Shown here: positions 1 through 12,870 of the stretch, piece by piece
Layout: each line of letters opens with the position of its first letter
Numbering within the stretch: position 1 is the first letter of the stretch
Origin: Eledone cirrhosa
Lineage: Eukaryota
Length of the DNA stretch: 64,000 nucleotides
Reading direction: 5' to 3'
Assembly: GCA_964016885.1 (NCBI GenBank)
Contig: OZ024745.1
Coordinates: 97,526,001-97,590,000 of the forward strand
The notes under the pieces: generated by a model
Seen by the model: only the letters and a program-made list of their open reading frames with translations
Told to the model about the DNA's origin: nothing
Databases searched by the model: none
Position numbers and translations under genes: made by a program

Positions 1-289
1 GAGAGCATTGTCTTAGGGTATCATTGGGGTATGTATGATATAGGTTGTGATGATTGAGTAATCCTTCTCATATTTTTGTTGTATTTAGCCTCACTGTTGT
101 TATTATTCACTTTCACTGCAATGGTGAATAACAATTAACTGTTCATTCATTTATTCTTGTCTTAGAAATATAAGGAAATAGAAGACATGATGGAGTAAAC
201 AGATTAAGACCAAAAAGAAGATACACAGAAAAGATCAAATAGTCAGGAGATCAGAGGAAAGAGCTTCATCAAAATAACCAACAACTAAT

Positions 290-475
290 AATAATTGTTT
301 CTATTTTGGGCACAAGGCCAGCAATTATCCTAGTGCATTACTGGTACTTTATTTTATCAACCTCGTAAGTTTGAAAGGCAAAGTTAACCTCAGTGGGATT
401 TGAACTCAGACCGTAAAGGGATGTAACTTTTTGCTGCAAAACATGGCGTCCAGCTCTCTACTGATACTGCCCAAC
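290..475 (-). mobile_element. tRNA-derived SINE family 1 (Nin/Deu-domain-like), ~185 bp
   Basis: Reverse complement of the consensus TGGCAGTATCGGTAGAG (A box)..GAGTTCAAATCCC (B box)..GCCTTTCATCCTTACGGGGTCGATAAAATAAAGTACCAGT..GGCCTTGTGCCAAAAGTAGAAACAATTAT, which recurs more than 15 times in the window. Confidence 0.85.
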
Positions 476-864
476 AACAACTACTAATAAAGCTGAAGTG
501 AAAGTCATTAGTGCTTTTATTGGCAAAATGACCATCCCCAAATATAACAAAAAAAAAATCCCACTAAAGTTTGAGAACAGTTGATCCACATGAACATACA
601 AGACACAAGGCTATAAAGAGAAGGGGGGGGGGGGGTATTTGTCTGGGGTGGGGAAAATATTTTTTTGTAATGTGTTTGCTTTTTGTAGGAAATGAGGAGT
701 AAAACCAAGGTTGAAGTGAAGTTCACCACATGTTTGGTGGGTAGGTGGCAGAGTTTAGACTGAACTAAAGTTCACCACATGTATTGGTAGGTGGCTGGGT
801 GGCTGTGTTTAGTCTGTTCCTGAACAAAACAGATAATTCTGATTACTTTTTAGTTTTAACTAAC

Positions 865-967
865 AGACATGTCTTCCTTCACAGCTGACTGAGAAGTTAT
901 AGAGTAACCATCCAGCTGTAAAAACAGTTGCTGGAATATATGAATGTAGAAATGTTTGAAAGCCATG
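865..967 (-). CDS. candidate exon (HGFQTFLHSYIPATVFTAGWLLYNFSVSCEGRHV) of an unidentified gene
   Basis: Acceptor tttacctgctag, donor TCT|gttagt; two frames are open; no homology recognised. Confidence 0.3.
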
Positions 968-1036
968 CTAGCAGGTAAACTAGATGACTCCCACACACAT
1001 GGAAAATATTACCTTCATGCAGATATTATTTATTTA

Positions 1037-1222
1037 TTGAATTGGCAGTATCGGTAGAGGGTCCAACGCCATGCTTTGACGCATAGAGTTTCGGCCCTTG
1101 CCATTCTGAGTTCAAATCCCGCCGAGGTTAACTTTGCCTTTCATCCTTACGGGGTCGATAAAATAAAGTACCAGTAATACACTGGGTATTTGCTGGCCTT
1201 GTGCCAAAAGTAGAAACAATTA
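1037..1222 (+). mobile_element. SINE family 1, near-consensus copy
   Basis: A box, B box, core GGTCGATAAAATAAAGTACCAGT and ...AGAAACAATTATT tail all present. Confidence 0.9.
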
Positions 1223-1287
1223 TTTATTTATCTATTTATAGACCCTTATCAACATGACCCAGTTGTTAAGAAATATACTTCGCAACG

Positions 1288-1545
1288 TCATGTTCGGGAA
1301 ACTTGGGCAAGTATGTTTATTATAAGCTCTGGTCGATCTAAACCGTGTGAATGGAATTGGGTAAACTGAAGCCTGTTAGATGGATTGTATCTGTAATTAC
1401 ACTTATAATGATTCCAGCTGAGAATTGCATTAAAGGTATGTTTGTGAAAATACTCAGCCATTTTGTCTGGAACTCTAACAACATTACCAATCTGCCACCC
1501 TTTAACCCAGGGGTCACAAACACAAGTACTTAAATGGATTATAGT
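1288..1545 (-). CDS. candidate coding exon, 85 open codons (TIIHLSTCVCDPWVKGWQIGNVVRVPDKMAEYFHKHTFNAILSWNHYKCNYRYNPSNRLQFTQFHSHGLDRPELIINILAQVSRT*)
   Basis: Strong acceptor cccactgtacctctctctag, then a non-repetitive stop-free frame of 255 nt; absent from the ORF track because the first in-frame ATG gives fewer than 60 aa; possible weak donor CAA|gtttcc at 1300. Confidence 0.45.
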   Translation of the reverse strand, partial: TIIHLSTCVCDPWVKGWQIGNVVRVPDKMAEYFHKHTFNAILSWNHYKCNYRYNPSNRLQFTQFHSHGLDRPELIINILAQVSRT

Positions 1546-1939
1546 CTAGAGAGAGGTACAGTGGGACAAAGGTGAGATGAGGGTTGAAGGCATGATTTCC
1601 ACCAGTTATAATGCTAATCTACAATACAGCTGATAGACTGCTATTTATTATTTTTTTACACCAAAATAAATACACATATTTCTTTGTGTTGAAGACGCTA
1701 TTGTTTTCATAAAATAAGGCTCGAAAATCTACCATGCATCCTAGAGAGTGAAGGTTGCATTTCTCATAGGCATACCCTAACCCCAGAGGAAAAATTATCT
1801 ATGCTAAACAGTAATCTGAACTCCTGTATGACATCTCAATGAAGTATATAAATTCTACTTAGTTAAAGTAGTAAAAAACAATAGGTAACGAGACCTGAAG
1901 TGCTGGGACATTCTTTCTATGTTTATCATTGTTTTTCAA

Positions 1940-2008
1940 ATTTTCGGTTGTCAAAATTGGGGTGTGTTCTCGAGGGTGAAGAATCTTCGATGTCAGGAAA
2001 TACGGTAG
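1940..2008 (+). mobile_element. 3' half of a pogo/Tigger-like MITE (same family as 40221-40363)
   Basis: ttttcggttgtcaaaattggggtgtgttctcgagggtgaag..GGAAATACGGTA aligns with 40299-40363. Confidence 0.65.
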
Positions 2009-2099
2009 TACAAAATGTAGGGGTACAAATGGTACATTTCAAATGTTCTGCTGCAGGCCACAACAAAGTAGTTTGTCGGTCGCATGTTTGAAGTCTTTG

Positions 2100-2321
2100 C
2101 TTTAATCATTTCATAACTGTATTTCTAATGAAACACAATTAATTAATGAAGAAATTTTTGAGAAATTTACTAAAATTATTAATTATTTCATTACTAAGAT
2201 AGTACCTTAATATATGATTCTTATATAGAATTATATTGGAAAATTTTAATTTCAATAGGAACCCTTTAGAATGGAGGTTTCTATTTCATAGAACCAGTTC
2301 CAGTTTTGACAAAAGGGTTAA
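2100..2321 (-). mobile_element. piggyBac-type MITE family B (decayed)
   Basis: Ends AAAAGGGTTAA; internal match to 3590-3868, 6865-7073, 16076-16330 and 43707-43951. Confidence 0.6.
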
Positions 2322-2551
2322 CTATGTGTGTATGTATACACACACACACACACATTATATTTATATAGTGGAACCAAATATTTTACAGCTGGGTACTTCA
2401 GTCAGAATTAGTATTGGTATAAGAAGATGTCAGTAAGTTTCTTGTTAGTAAATTATTAAAACATATATCACCTGCTGTAACAGCTCAGTGATTTATACAA
2501 GATTAGATAACCATCCAGTCATTACGTGTGTGTGTATGTGTGTATGTGGGT

Positions 2552-2599
<48 letters not shown>

Positions 2600-3013
2600 A
2601 ATTCACGATTCAGTATCCTTCAGATTGACTTTCCCAAGAGAGGGATGAAGTAGAAACTTGCACTAACTTTGATGGAATGAGGGATGGTTCCGTACTAAGG
2701 AAATTCCACTTGGTGCTATTCATGGTCTATGATTATCTTTGGATTCAATTGTTAGTCATTTGCACAGCATCATATACATGTGTGTACACACGCACACACA
2801 CACACACATATATATACGTTAAGTTAAAAGTGCCTAGCCGGTATCTGGGGGGTATTGGTTTTGATTCCTCAGCAGCCGATGGCAATTTCTTTTTCTGCCT
2901 TCACCCTATTTTATAAGCTATTTTATAGTATCTTCTTGCATGAGCACGCCATTCTTTATAATATATATATATATATACACACACACTATGAATATAATAT
3001 TGCGCGTACACAT

Positions 3014-3049
<36 letters not shown>

Positions 3050-3112
3050 TATTCACACCCACATAAACGTTAATGGCTTGTCCCACGCTTGCAAGCAGGG
3101 AAAAGTGGACGC

Positions 3113-3147
<35 letters not shown>

Positions 3148-4266
3148 ATATATATATATAGTTAAACGATGATAATGATATCTATACATATATGAGGAAT
3201 TAAGATGGTTGGATAACATCCATGAGCTTGACTGGTTTCACTTCGGGACCTATCCAGATTAATTGGAGACAGTTTGCTTCTGACAATCCACCCAGAGAAT
3301 AAGTGGGTAAAGAAAAGGAATTATGTGTAATTTTTGAATTTCATCTTAATTCTGACACAAAAATATTTACTTCTATATGTCACACACAAAGTGACAAAAT
3401 ATAGGCAGTTTAGCTAGACCTTACATAGTATAAACAAACAATTATTTTCTAATCATATAATTTGTCGTTTATACAAATCAAACCTAATTATATATATATG
3501 GCAAGGGAAAGGCAAACACACATTCCTGTTACTGTTTCACATCATTAATGATTTGCCAACGTAACAACATTACTGTGGTATACTTAATCAGTTTGATACC
3601 AATCTGCTTTAAACAATTCGGGTTTTATGATACAAAGTTGTTTACCAACCCAGTCAAAACAAGTTCTGATTCTGTTAAATAAAACCACTCATTTTAGAAC
3701 TTTCCAATTTAAATTAAAATCTTCCAATGTAATTTTTTACATAAGAACCTTACATTAAGTTACTATCTTAATAATGAAATTATTAATAATTTTAAAAAAT
3801 CCCTCAAAATTCTTCATTAACTAATTGAAACAGTATATTTCATTAAAAATATAGTCATGAAAGGGTTAAAACCTTCCACCATAATGCTCCAAACTCCAGT
3901 TTAATAAGAATGTTATATTACTAAATCCCTCTAAATTCTTGATAATTTTCAAAATTATTTGAATATTATAAACAGTGTTATTCATGAAAAAAAAGGTAAT
4001 AAAAAGGGTTAAATCCATACATTAACATATATATATTACATACATCCATACACAAATACATTTATCTATATTTCTCGTGATGTCACCAGGTCACAAATTT
4101 GTAAGAGACAAGCAAGCATAGTCATTAGAATTGACCCCAATATATAGCAAGTACTTAATGATGAGAAGAAGTGCAGTGCCTGTGATTTATGTGGCTAGTA
4201 CTAAGCCTGAACATCTGCAAGAAAAGTATGAGTAGAGAGAGAGCCAGCTTATATTCGGAATGTTTA

Positions 4267-4432
4267 CAACAGAGTGTAGTCTGCGGACCAGATAGTGTAG
4301 AGAGGACCAGATAGTAGTATCGAGAGGACCAGATAGTGTAGAGAGGACTAGATAGTAGTATCGAGAGGACCAGATTGTGTAGAGAGGAGCAGATTGTGTA
4401 GAGAGTAGTAGATTGTTTAGAGGACCAGATGA
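4267..4432. repeat. minisatellite, ~19-24 bp unit GAGAGGACCAGATAGTGTA
   Basis: About 8 imperfect tandem units visible. Confidence 0.85.
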
Positions 4433-5499
4433 TGTAGGGAGTGACATGTTAACTGTAGTTTATCTAGACCTCACATTAACTGCAGTTAAGCTAGGCCTCA
4501 CATTAACTGCAGTTTAACTAGACCTCATATAGTATACACAAATCAAATCAAATTATATATATATAGTAAAGGAAAGGCAAGCACACATTAGATGAGATAT
4601 CACAAAGCAGCCCATTCAACTCTTTAACAATTCCGCCAAGCCACCACCTCTGAAATGATACTTATTTATCAACCTTAAAACAATGAAGATAAAGTCAACC
4701 AGTGTGTGATTTGAACTCAAAATGCAGCTAGTTGGAACAAATGCCAATACAAGTTTTAATGACTTCTCTGCATGAAACTACAATTAGCAAAACAATCTTG
4801 AAAAGTACAAAACAACACTATGACTGCATTACATTAAAAATTAAAGTCTTTACTCTAATATCACAATTTTCACAACAGAAAAATACTAGTAAAAATACTA
4901 TAAACATTAGAATTAACAAACATTAGAATTAACAAACTTATTTTTAGATATTTAAATCCTTACAGGTTATTAAGAGTTAAATAGTTTATCACCAGTGTTG
5001 TTCAGCTTACTACAGGAGTATCTATTATTTTTCATTAACTGCAGTGTTGTGTAAAAATTAAACCCGTTTTTAGACATTTTCTGTAAACTCATTAGAGAAT
5101 GTTAAGAGTAAATCTGAAACAACTCTAGCATGGCAATCATACTCTATTTTCAGATTATACGGTGGAGATGAAAAATAAAAGCAACGCTGGCATGTGCTAG
5201 AGATAATATATTTCTTTATTTTATATTAGAAAATCCTAACAAAAAATGGTATGAGATATTTTCATTTTGTAATGAAAGTAACGTTCTGCTGACTCCACAA
5301 AAATAATTATAAAGCCACTGAATACCTGCTTCTAAAACGTTTAGATTGAGAGTTTTGGTGGGAGGAATTCTATCAGTTATGTGTCATCATGAATCATAAA
5401 CAGTCTCCTTTACCATTATCCGTTATATGAATTAAAAAGAAAAATTAAACCATTTCACCATATTAGCACAGGTCTAATAGTTTTTGCAAACTTTCAAGG

Positions 5500-6000
5500 T
5501 AAGTTGCTTAATGGTTAGGGTATTCAGTTCATGGTCATAAGGTTGTGAGTTTGAGTTTTGGCAGCATGTTGTGTCATTAACTCTTTAGCATTTACATTAC
5601 TCTGTATATATACAATTGTATTTTCGTGGTTAAGGCATAATATTTCACATAATATTGAATCTATGAGATTTTGCTGTTATTTATTTTAAGAACAATACCT
5701 TAACATCAGTATGAGTGACCAGTTATGGACGGTTTGAACAGAAAGAGGTAAGAGAATTCTAGCCAGATACAGCTGGTTTAAATACTAAAAGGTTAAGCAA
5801 GACATTTTATTTCATATTGCACCAATCTACTCAGCTTAAAGAAAATATGAATTATACCTGTAATTCAAAGAGCCAGCCTGAGAATAACATTAAGTATACA
5901 CATGCCTGTAGAATGTCCAGCCACATGAACATTAATTTCACAAGCAAGCTGTTCTGTTGTGCTGTTTGAAGAACTGGAACACTTCCTGTCGGAAATGACG
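5500..6000 (+). mobile_element. decayed SINE family 2 interrupted by a piggyBac-type MITE
   Basis: tRNA-like head ..TGGTTAGGGTATT..GTGAGTT; core GTGTCATTAA|GCAAGACATTTTATTTCA is split at TTAA. Confidence 0.7.
5581..5792 (+). mobile_element. piggyBac-type MITE family A (~210 bp)
   Basis: TIR CYCTTTAGCATTTA / TAAATACTAAAAGG; TTAA on both sides (5577-5580 and 5793-5796). Confidence 0.85.
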
Positions 6001-6530
6001 GAAAACCAACACTACACCCACACAAACTGTTGAAACTTCTCTTTTTTACTGTAGAATGCTCCTACCACATAAACAAGTGGAAGATATTGGAAAGTGTAGC
6101 AAGATGTGAGATGTTGCAAGATTTCTGAAAATATCAGATGTTTGGAGATATCTGAAGATATTGGGAGATATTGGGAGATGTTAGAAGATATTGCTATGAT
6201 AGATTATATATAATAAAAGATTAGAAAGAAAAGAAAAAAACAAAAAACACGTATTTATATGCAAGCTGCTGAGTAATGTACCATGCCTATGTTTGAATTA
6301 TAACATCATCACAGTATTATCATTTATCCCGTTTATTACCAAGGTTTTTGTGTTTTTAATATTAAAAAAATACACTCTTTTACCTGTTTCAACTAACTCT
6401 TTTACTCTTTTACCTGTTTCAGCCATCCGGCTGAGGCCATGCTGGAGCACCAACTGTCGGCAATTTTAAAAATAATCTTTTACAAGTAACCAAGAATTTG
6501 GAGAGATTTAATAATATAATTGACTTTCTC

Positions 6531-6716
6531 TCGGTGGATTGGCAGTATCGGTAGAGAGTCGGACGCCATGCTTTGCAGCAAAGAGTTACAGCTCTTTATG
6601 GTCTGAGTTCAAATCCCGCTGTGGTTAAATTTGCCTTTCATCCTTACGAGGTCGATAAAATAAAGCACCAGTAATACACTGGAATAATTGCCGGCCTTGT
6701 GCCAAATGTAGAAACA
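6531..6716 (+). mobile_element. SINE family 1
   Basis: Full-length match to the family consensus. Confidence 0.9.
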
Positions 6717-7312
6717 GCTGGTATTTGAAACAGAAATTTTCTTATACAAAATTATGATAGAAGGGTTTTTTTTCCCTCCTTAAATAAATATAAACACTTT
6801 AAAAATAAACGCCTCTCTGTTATAGAAACCAGAGACAGTTTCAGGCGGTTTGGTATCGAAAAGGTTAAATCACGCCCCAAACCAGCTCTCGTTCTATGAA
6901 ACAAAATCACCCATTTTGACGGATTCCTATCAAAAATAAAATTTTCCAACATAATTTTATATAAGAAGCATATGTTGACTTAGTAATGAAATATTAACTT
7001 TAATCAATCCCTCAAAATTCTTCATTCATTAAAAAGAGTATATTTCATAAGAAATATGGTAAAGAAAGGGTTAATCTTACCTAAAAGCTCCCACCACTTA
7101 ACTATATATGCGGTGGGCACAGTGTCATTTTATAACAATCACTGAGTTCAAATCTCACTGAGGTTAGCTTTGCGTTTCATCCTTACGCGGTTGATAAAAT
7201 AAAGTACCAGTAACACACTAGGGTATATTTAATCAACTTGCCCCTCCCCTCCAGAAATTGTGGGCCTTGTGCTTAAATCAGAAACCATTCACAGTAAAAA
7301 AAGCACCCAGCC

Positions 7313-7556
7313 CACACTGTAAAGTTGACGTGTAAAAGACACAGCAAAAAGCATCCAGCACACACTGTAAAGTTGATGTGTAAAAGACACAGCAAAAAGC
7401 ATCCAGCACACACTGTAAAGTTGACGTGTAAAAGACACAGCAAAAAGCATCCAGCACACACTGTAAAGTTGATGTGTAAAAGACACAGCAAAAAGCATCC
7501 AGCACACACTGTAAAGATGACGTGTAAAAGACACAGCAAAAAGCATCCAGCACACA
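7313..7556. repeat. 48-bp minisatellite x5 inside a SINE/RTE-type 3' tail
   Basis: Unit CACACTGTAAAGTTGAYGTGTAAAAGACACAGCAAAAAGCATCCAGCA; followed by GTTGGCATTAGGAAGGGCATCCAGC tail and (GAT/GGT)n. Confidence 0.9.
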
Positions 7557-8085
7557 GTCAGTGTGGTTGGCATTAGGAAGGGCATCCAGCCGTAGAAAAC
7601 CAGCCAGAAACACCTCTATAGGAGCAAAACATTGTCACCCAACTCAACTTGCTTCTAAATGGGAGAGGATAGACGTTAATTGATGATGATGATGGTGATG
7701 GTGGTGGTGGTGGTGGTGGTGGTGGTGGTGGTGGTGATGATGATGGTGATGATTATGATGTTACCTTCGGCTTACTAATTCCAGTTATGTCCTCCCATAG
7801 ACAAAACTTTTGATAAAATGATATTCTTGTTCTGTCCCAATTATTATGGTTCAATCTACAGAACACACAGCAAACCACCCATTTCATCACCGCCACTACC
7901 GCCACTACCGCCACTACCACCACCACCACCACTGCTGCTGCTGCTACTACTGCCATATTTCTGACTGACTTCAATACCACAAGACATCACCACCCTAACC
8001 ATGTGTTGACTCAATCATATGACATGGATGAATAAAGCTGAATTATGACAAACTATATCATTGTAATTCCAGCAAGACTTCAAAC

Positions 8086-8123
<38 letters not shown>

Positions 8124-8353
8124 CAATGACAACAACCATTAATATTATTATTATTATTACTATTTCAACAAATCAATGAAAGTGGTATTAATGGTGAGAA
8201 TAAACTAAGGTGTTTTCAAATTCATGTGTGTACGTGTGTATGCATGTGCACGTGTATGTATGTGCATGTGTACATGTGTATGTGTACATGTGTACGTATG
8301 TGCATGTGTAAATGTGTATGTATGTGCATATGTGTACGTGAGTATGTATGTGC

Positions 8354-8402
<49 letters not shown>

Positions 8403-9134
8403 ACTGAGAGGAAAAGAAAGAAAGGTTGATATGAGTGACTCACAACAGATAACAAACAGCAACAGCAGCATCTGTGTAGTGCTTGAGAAACAGTTAATAA
8501 GAGAATTGAAACTTGTTTTGTTAAATTAGCTTTAACAGATTATTACTATTATTATCATCTTTATCATTATCATTATTACTATTACTATGTTAGGTCACAC
8601 TGACATCTCACTGTTTGTCAAAAGCAAACTCCTAGGGAATGACATCATGTTGAGAAAAAGTAAAAGTAAACTAAATACTGGCTTTTGAAAAATATTCCAT
8701 GTAAACAGAGCCATAGAGCCACTACAGGGTCACCTGACCTGTTAAAAGTAACAGCTAAATAGCCCTCCCTCAAATAAATACACTGGTGTTGTTGTTTTGG
8801 GGGGGATTTTATGAGCACATTAGACAATGGTGGTCCTAGATGCCCCTAAAAAGATGGGAGTGAAAAAAGGTACTCAATACCAAAGTAGAGTTTAAATATT
8901 TATTTAATGGCTAATGTGAAGTGTAGTGAGTAGAATTTTATAGAAGGATACTGTGTAAGAAGCCTGTTTTGTGAATGTGTGTATATTTACCTGGGTATAT
9001 GTATCTGGGTATGTGTATATGTGTATGTGGGTAAGTGGGCTAATAAAAACATGGTTTTTGTGTAAACAATAGAACGCTTAATATTTGACATTAGAAATGT
9101 GTATGTCCTAATACTAATGACTATAACTAATAGT

Positions 9135-9448
9135 TGAGAAAAATCAAGTAAAGTACTCCTGGTGACAGAAAAGAGTGGACATAGGTCATGAGAAAAAGCA
9201 GGTAATATACTCCTGGTGACAATACTCTGGAGAAAAACCTGGTAGAGTGCTCCTGGTGACAGAAGAGTGGTCAAAGAGATTCCTGAGAAAAAACAGGTTA
9301 AGTACTCTTGGTGACAGAAGAGTGAACAGAAGTCCTGAGAAAAATCAGGTAAAGTACTCCTGGTGATAAAAGATTGGTCAGAAGTCCTGAGAAAAACCAG
9401 GTAAAGTACTCCTGGTGATAGAAGATTGGTCAAAGATTCCTGAGAAAA
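9135..9448. repeat. ~50-bp degenerate minisatellite x6
   Basis: Recurrent TGAGAAAAATCAGGTAAAGTACTCCTGGTGACAGAAGAGTGG. Confidence 0.85.
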
Positions 9449-9744
9449 TTGGGAGTGTTTCTTACAAAATAACTAATTCAAAGAAACAATATCTGAAGGA
9501 ATACACACTGCTGTATGAATTGTTTCTTGAGAGGACAAGATAAATACAAGACCAGCAACTCAGTTCAAATTTGCAGGTGGACAATTATTCACCCACATCA
9601 TTTTTACCACTCTCAACTTTTTTTTCCAAGGGAGCAAGTTGGTTCTTCTGTGCATTTCTTTATCAAAAAATATTAGAAGAGGGTATTGAGGGTATTGATG
9701 GGAGGGGTTGTACCAATGTTTTACTTTATTATTTTGGAAAGTAG

Positions 9745-9928
9745 AGGGCGGAGGATTGGCAGTATCGGTAGGTCGGATGCCATGCTTTGCAGTATAGAGT
9801 TATGTCCCTTTATAGTCTGAGTTCAAATCCCGCCGAGATTTACTTTACCTTTCATCCTTACGGGGTTGATAGTACCAGTAATGTACTAGGATGATTGCAG
9901 GCCTTGTGCCAAAAGTAGAAACAATTAT
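9745..9928 (+). mobile_element. SINE family 1 with 17-bp target-site duplication
   Basis: ATTATTTTGGAAAGTAG at 9728-9744 and 9924-9940. Confidence 0.9.
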
Positions 9929-10842
9929 TTTGGAAAGTAGGGCAGTGAAATGGCAGAATCATTAGTGTTGGACAAAAATACCTTGCAATATTTGTTCCAG
10001 CTCTTTTTCAGTTTCATTAGTCAACAAAAGAAGTGTTCAGTTGTAATTGCCTTTGTACAAAGGAAAGCAAGGGGCACGTCTAATGGTCTCAGATGACAAC
10101 CACTTTTGTCCAATTGGAAAACAGGTGTTTCACATTAAACAAAAGATGCTTCTTGGTTGACAACATCATATTCATCATCAGCAAAATTTAACATTCTATT
10201 TTCCATGTTTACATGGTTTAGAAGAGCTGTCACCTACTGAGGTTAGATTGGTCATGTGACTACATTTGGATCACATCCATTTTTTTTTTTGCTTCGCTTT
10301 CAATGGTTGGATGCCTGTCCTAATGCCAACCAGTTTACAGTATGTATTAGTAACACTACCACTACCACCTTATAGATTGGACAGGGTGGTTTTTGTTGTG
10401 GCCCCACCCCAGTATGACCACCGTAGTATGAAAAAAAGACTGACAAGTATTCTATTCTTTTCATGAAAAAAAATCTATCTCAGCCACTTCTTTCTTTACC
10501 CCACTCATCACTGACCATCCTATCAAACCAGAGCTATAGACACTGTACCCTGATCATCCTAACAAACCAGGACCAGAGACACCATTCAAATCACTCCTAA
10601 ATGATTTAAAATTGTTTATCTTCTCTAGTCAAGCAGTCTAGGTTGTTATTTGCAGTCTGTGTAAGACAGAATTTTCATCTACAATTCTATTTGCCTTATA
10701 TGGATCACCTTTTGTGATCCAAATATATCATACATCTATAATGATAGCTAGCATAAAAGTGTGCCTTGTTCTACTAAGGCAACCAGGGCTTTGAAACATT
10801 AGTGTCAAGAAAATACATATACATTTATATATGCTCATATGC

Positions 10843-10917
10843 TCTTGGGTCTCAAATAATCTCTCCCCTCTTGCTTATTAATTTTTCAGATTTTTCCAAC
10901 TCATTTGAGACCCAAGA
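10843..10917. mobile_element. short MITE, TIR TCTTGGGTCTCAAAT (family also at 40564-40890)
   Basis: 15-bp terminal inverted repeat. Confidence 0.6.
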
Positions 10918-10962
10918 ATATAAGATAATGTATACCTATCTTCAGGTAATATATACAAGATA

Positions 10963-10996
<34 letters not shown>

Positions 10997-11528
10997 CCTC
11001 AGCCAGATGTCTGGAACATGTAAAAGACTAAAAAAGAATATGTGTGTATTCTGGATCTTTTGTTTTTGTTATATACTTTTTAACCAGTGATTATTCTCAA
11101 CAGCAGGGTTATGGTGACTTGAACCAGTGGTTCTCAACAGCAAGGTCACAGTGACTTTTCAAGATGGTCCACATTCAACCCCTTCATTACCATATTCCTA
11201 TCTAATGAAAGATTATTATTATTTTCAAATCATTTCTTATGTTTGTGTTTGGAGCATAACTAAAGGTTCCTATATAAAATTATGATGGAAGGCATTCAGA
11301 TAAATATAAACACTTTAAAATAAACAGCTTTGTCTCATAGCTAATTTGTATCAATAGTTTATTTAATTCAATAAAACTGAATATGCTCAGATTTGAACCA
11401 AATTGGAATAGCTACAGAAGTTCTTTTTCACCACTCAACCATTGCACTATGTTAAAATATTTCATTTTGTGAACTTTGTAGTAAAATGGCAGAGAAATTT
11501 ACACAAACATCACACAATTATTTCTATT

Positions 11529-11923
11529 TTAACATTACATTACTCTATATATACTATTGTATTTTCACAGTAAATACTATCATGCATAATTATCTCATAT
11601 AATATCGAATCTACGAGATTTTGATATTATTTATTTTGAGCACCATCCCTTAACATAAGTATGAGCAACCAGTTATGGCCAATTTGGACAGAAAGAGGTA
11701 AGAGAATTCTGGTCAGATATGGCTGGTTTAACCCGTTAGCATTTACATTACTCTATATTTACGATTGTATTTTTACTTTATTTCACATAATATCGAATCT
11801 ACAAGATTTTGATATTACTTTATTTTAAAAAACATAACTTAACATACATAAGTATGTGCAGCCAGTTATGGCCAGTTTTAACAGAAAGGCCAGATATGGC
11901 CAGTTTAAATCCTAAAGGATTAA
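11529..11923 (+). mobile_element. two head-to-tail piggyBac-type MITE A copies
   Basis: Two successive matches to the MITE A consensus, joined at TTAA near 11728-11731. Confidence 0.8.
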
Positions 11924-12574
11924 TGAATTCACAGATTGGTTTTTACTAACTTTTTATAGACCTGAAATAATGACAATATCGAGGTATTTGGATTTAATTA
12001 TGAAGAAAGCTGTTGTTACTAAGCTGTTGAAAGGCTGTGATAGTCAAGATGTCAGAACATATGCAAACAAATAATAAATGAAATAAAGAGTTTTGCAATG
12101 CTTTTCATACAACTGGATGAATCGAATCAACTGTTAATGTTAATGCCCTATCAACTATATTAGTGTTTGTACAATACTTGATTAACAGAGATTCAAAACA
12201 CAAAACTAAAAGTTAAGTGTAAGCCTCCCTGGAATGACCAATACAACATAGAAGAGAGGCCCTTACGTACATGTCAAATATCTGAGAATGGGGTCAATAT
12301 AGGGTTTAGTTTGGCTAAAATATGACAGCCTTTCTAGTGTTGGCACCATGATAAAAGCCCCAGGTGCTACACTTTGTTGGCACTAAGAAGGGCATCCAGC
12401 AAACAAAACCCATACCAAAATATATTAGGAATGGGGTGTGTATAAAAAATGGTTTAGTGGCTGAAGACTTGTCCAAGTAATCCACCATGGTAAAAGTTTA
12501 GAATTGTGCTGGTGGTTTAAAAACTGGAGCAAATCAAGAACCACTGGTTTAGTTGAATAAAAATAATGTTAGCT

Positions 12575-12870
12575 GTGAAGGCGTTTGACTCGTGATTGTA
12601 AGGTCATTAGTTCAATTTCTGGACTGGGCAGCATATTGTCTTTCAGCAAGACACTTCTTTATTTCATGTTGCTCCAGTCCATTCAGCTGGTTAAAATTAG
12701 TGGTACCTGTAATTCAAGAGACCAACCTTGCCACATATTGTCATACTGAATCTCCCTGAGAACTACGTTAAGGATGCATGTGTCTGTGAAATGCTCAGCC
12801 ACTTACACATCAACTTCACAAGCAAGCAATTCCATCAATAGAATCAACTGGAGCACGTGTTGTTGGAAAC
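12575..12870 (+). mobile_element. decayed SINE family 2 (alternative tail)
   Basis: GCAAGACACTTCTTTATTTCATGTTGCTCCAGT core; tail shared with 5850-6000 and 24980-25130. Confidence 0.7.

Noticed and set aside
1242-2432. Plus-strand exon pair 1242-1310 and 2389-2432 (TLINMTQLL..LGTSVRISIGIRRC)
   Set aside because: Splice signals are plausible but neighbouring plus-strand candidates are closed by stops, and the minus strand has a much longer open frame; not fully excluded.
7273-7613. Four overlapping repetitive ORFs
   Set aside because: A 48-bp stop-free tandem unit derived from a SINE tail.
8987-9433. 148-aa minus-strand ORF
   Set aside because: Spans a degenerate ~50-bp minisatellite whose units are read in shifting frames.
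11960-12090. Apparent plus-strand terminal exon (PEIMTISRYLDL..ANK**, AATAAA)
   Set aside because: Short, with no connectable upstream exon; an equally plausible minus-strand exon overlaps it.
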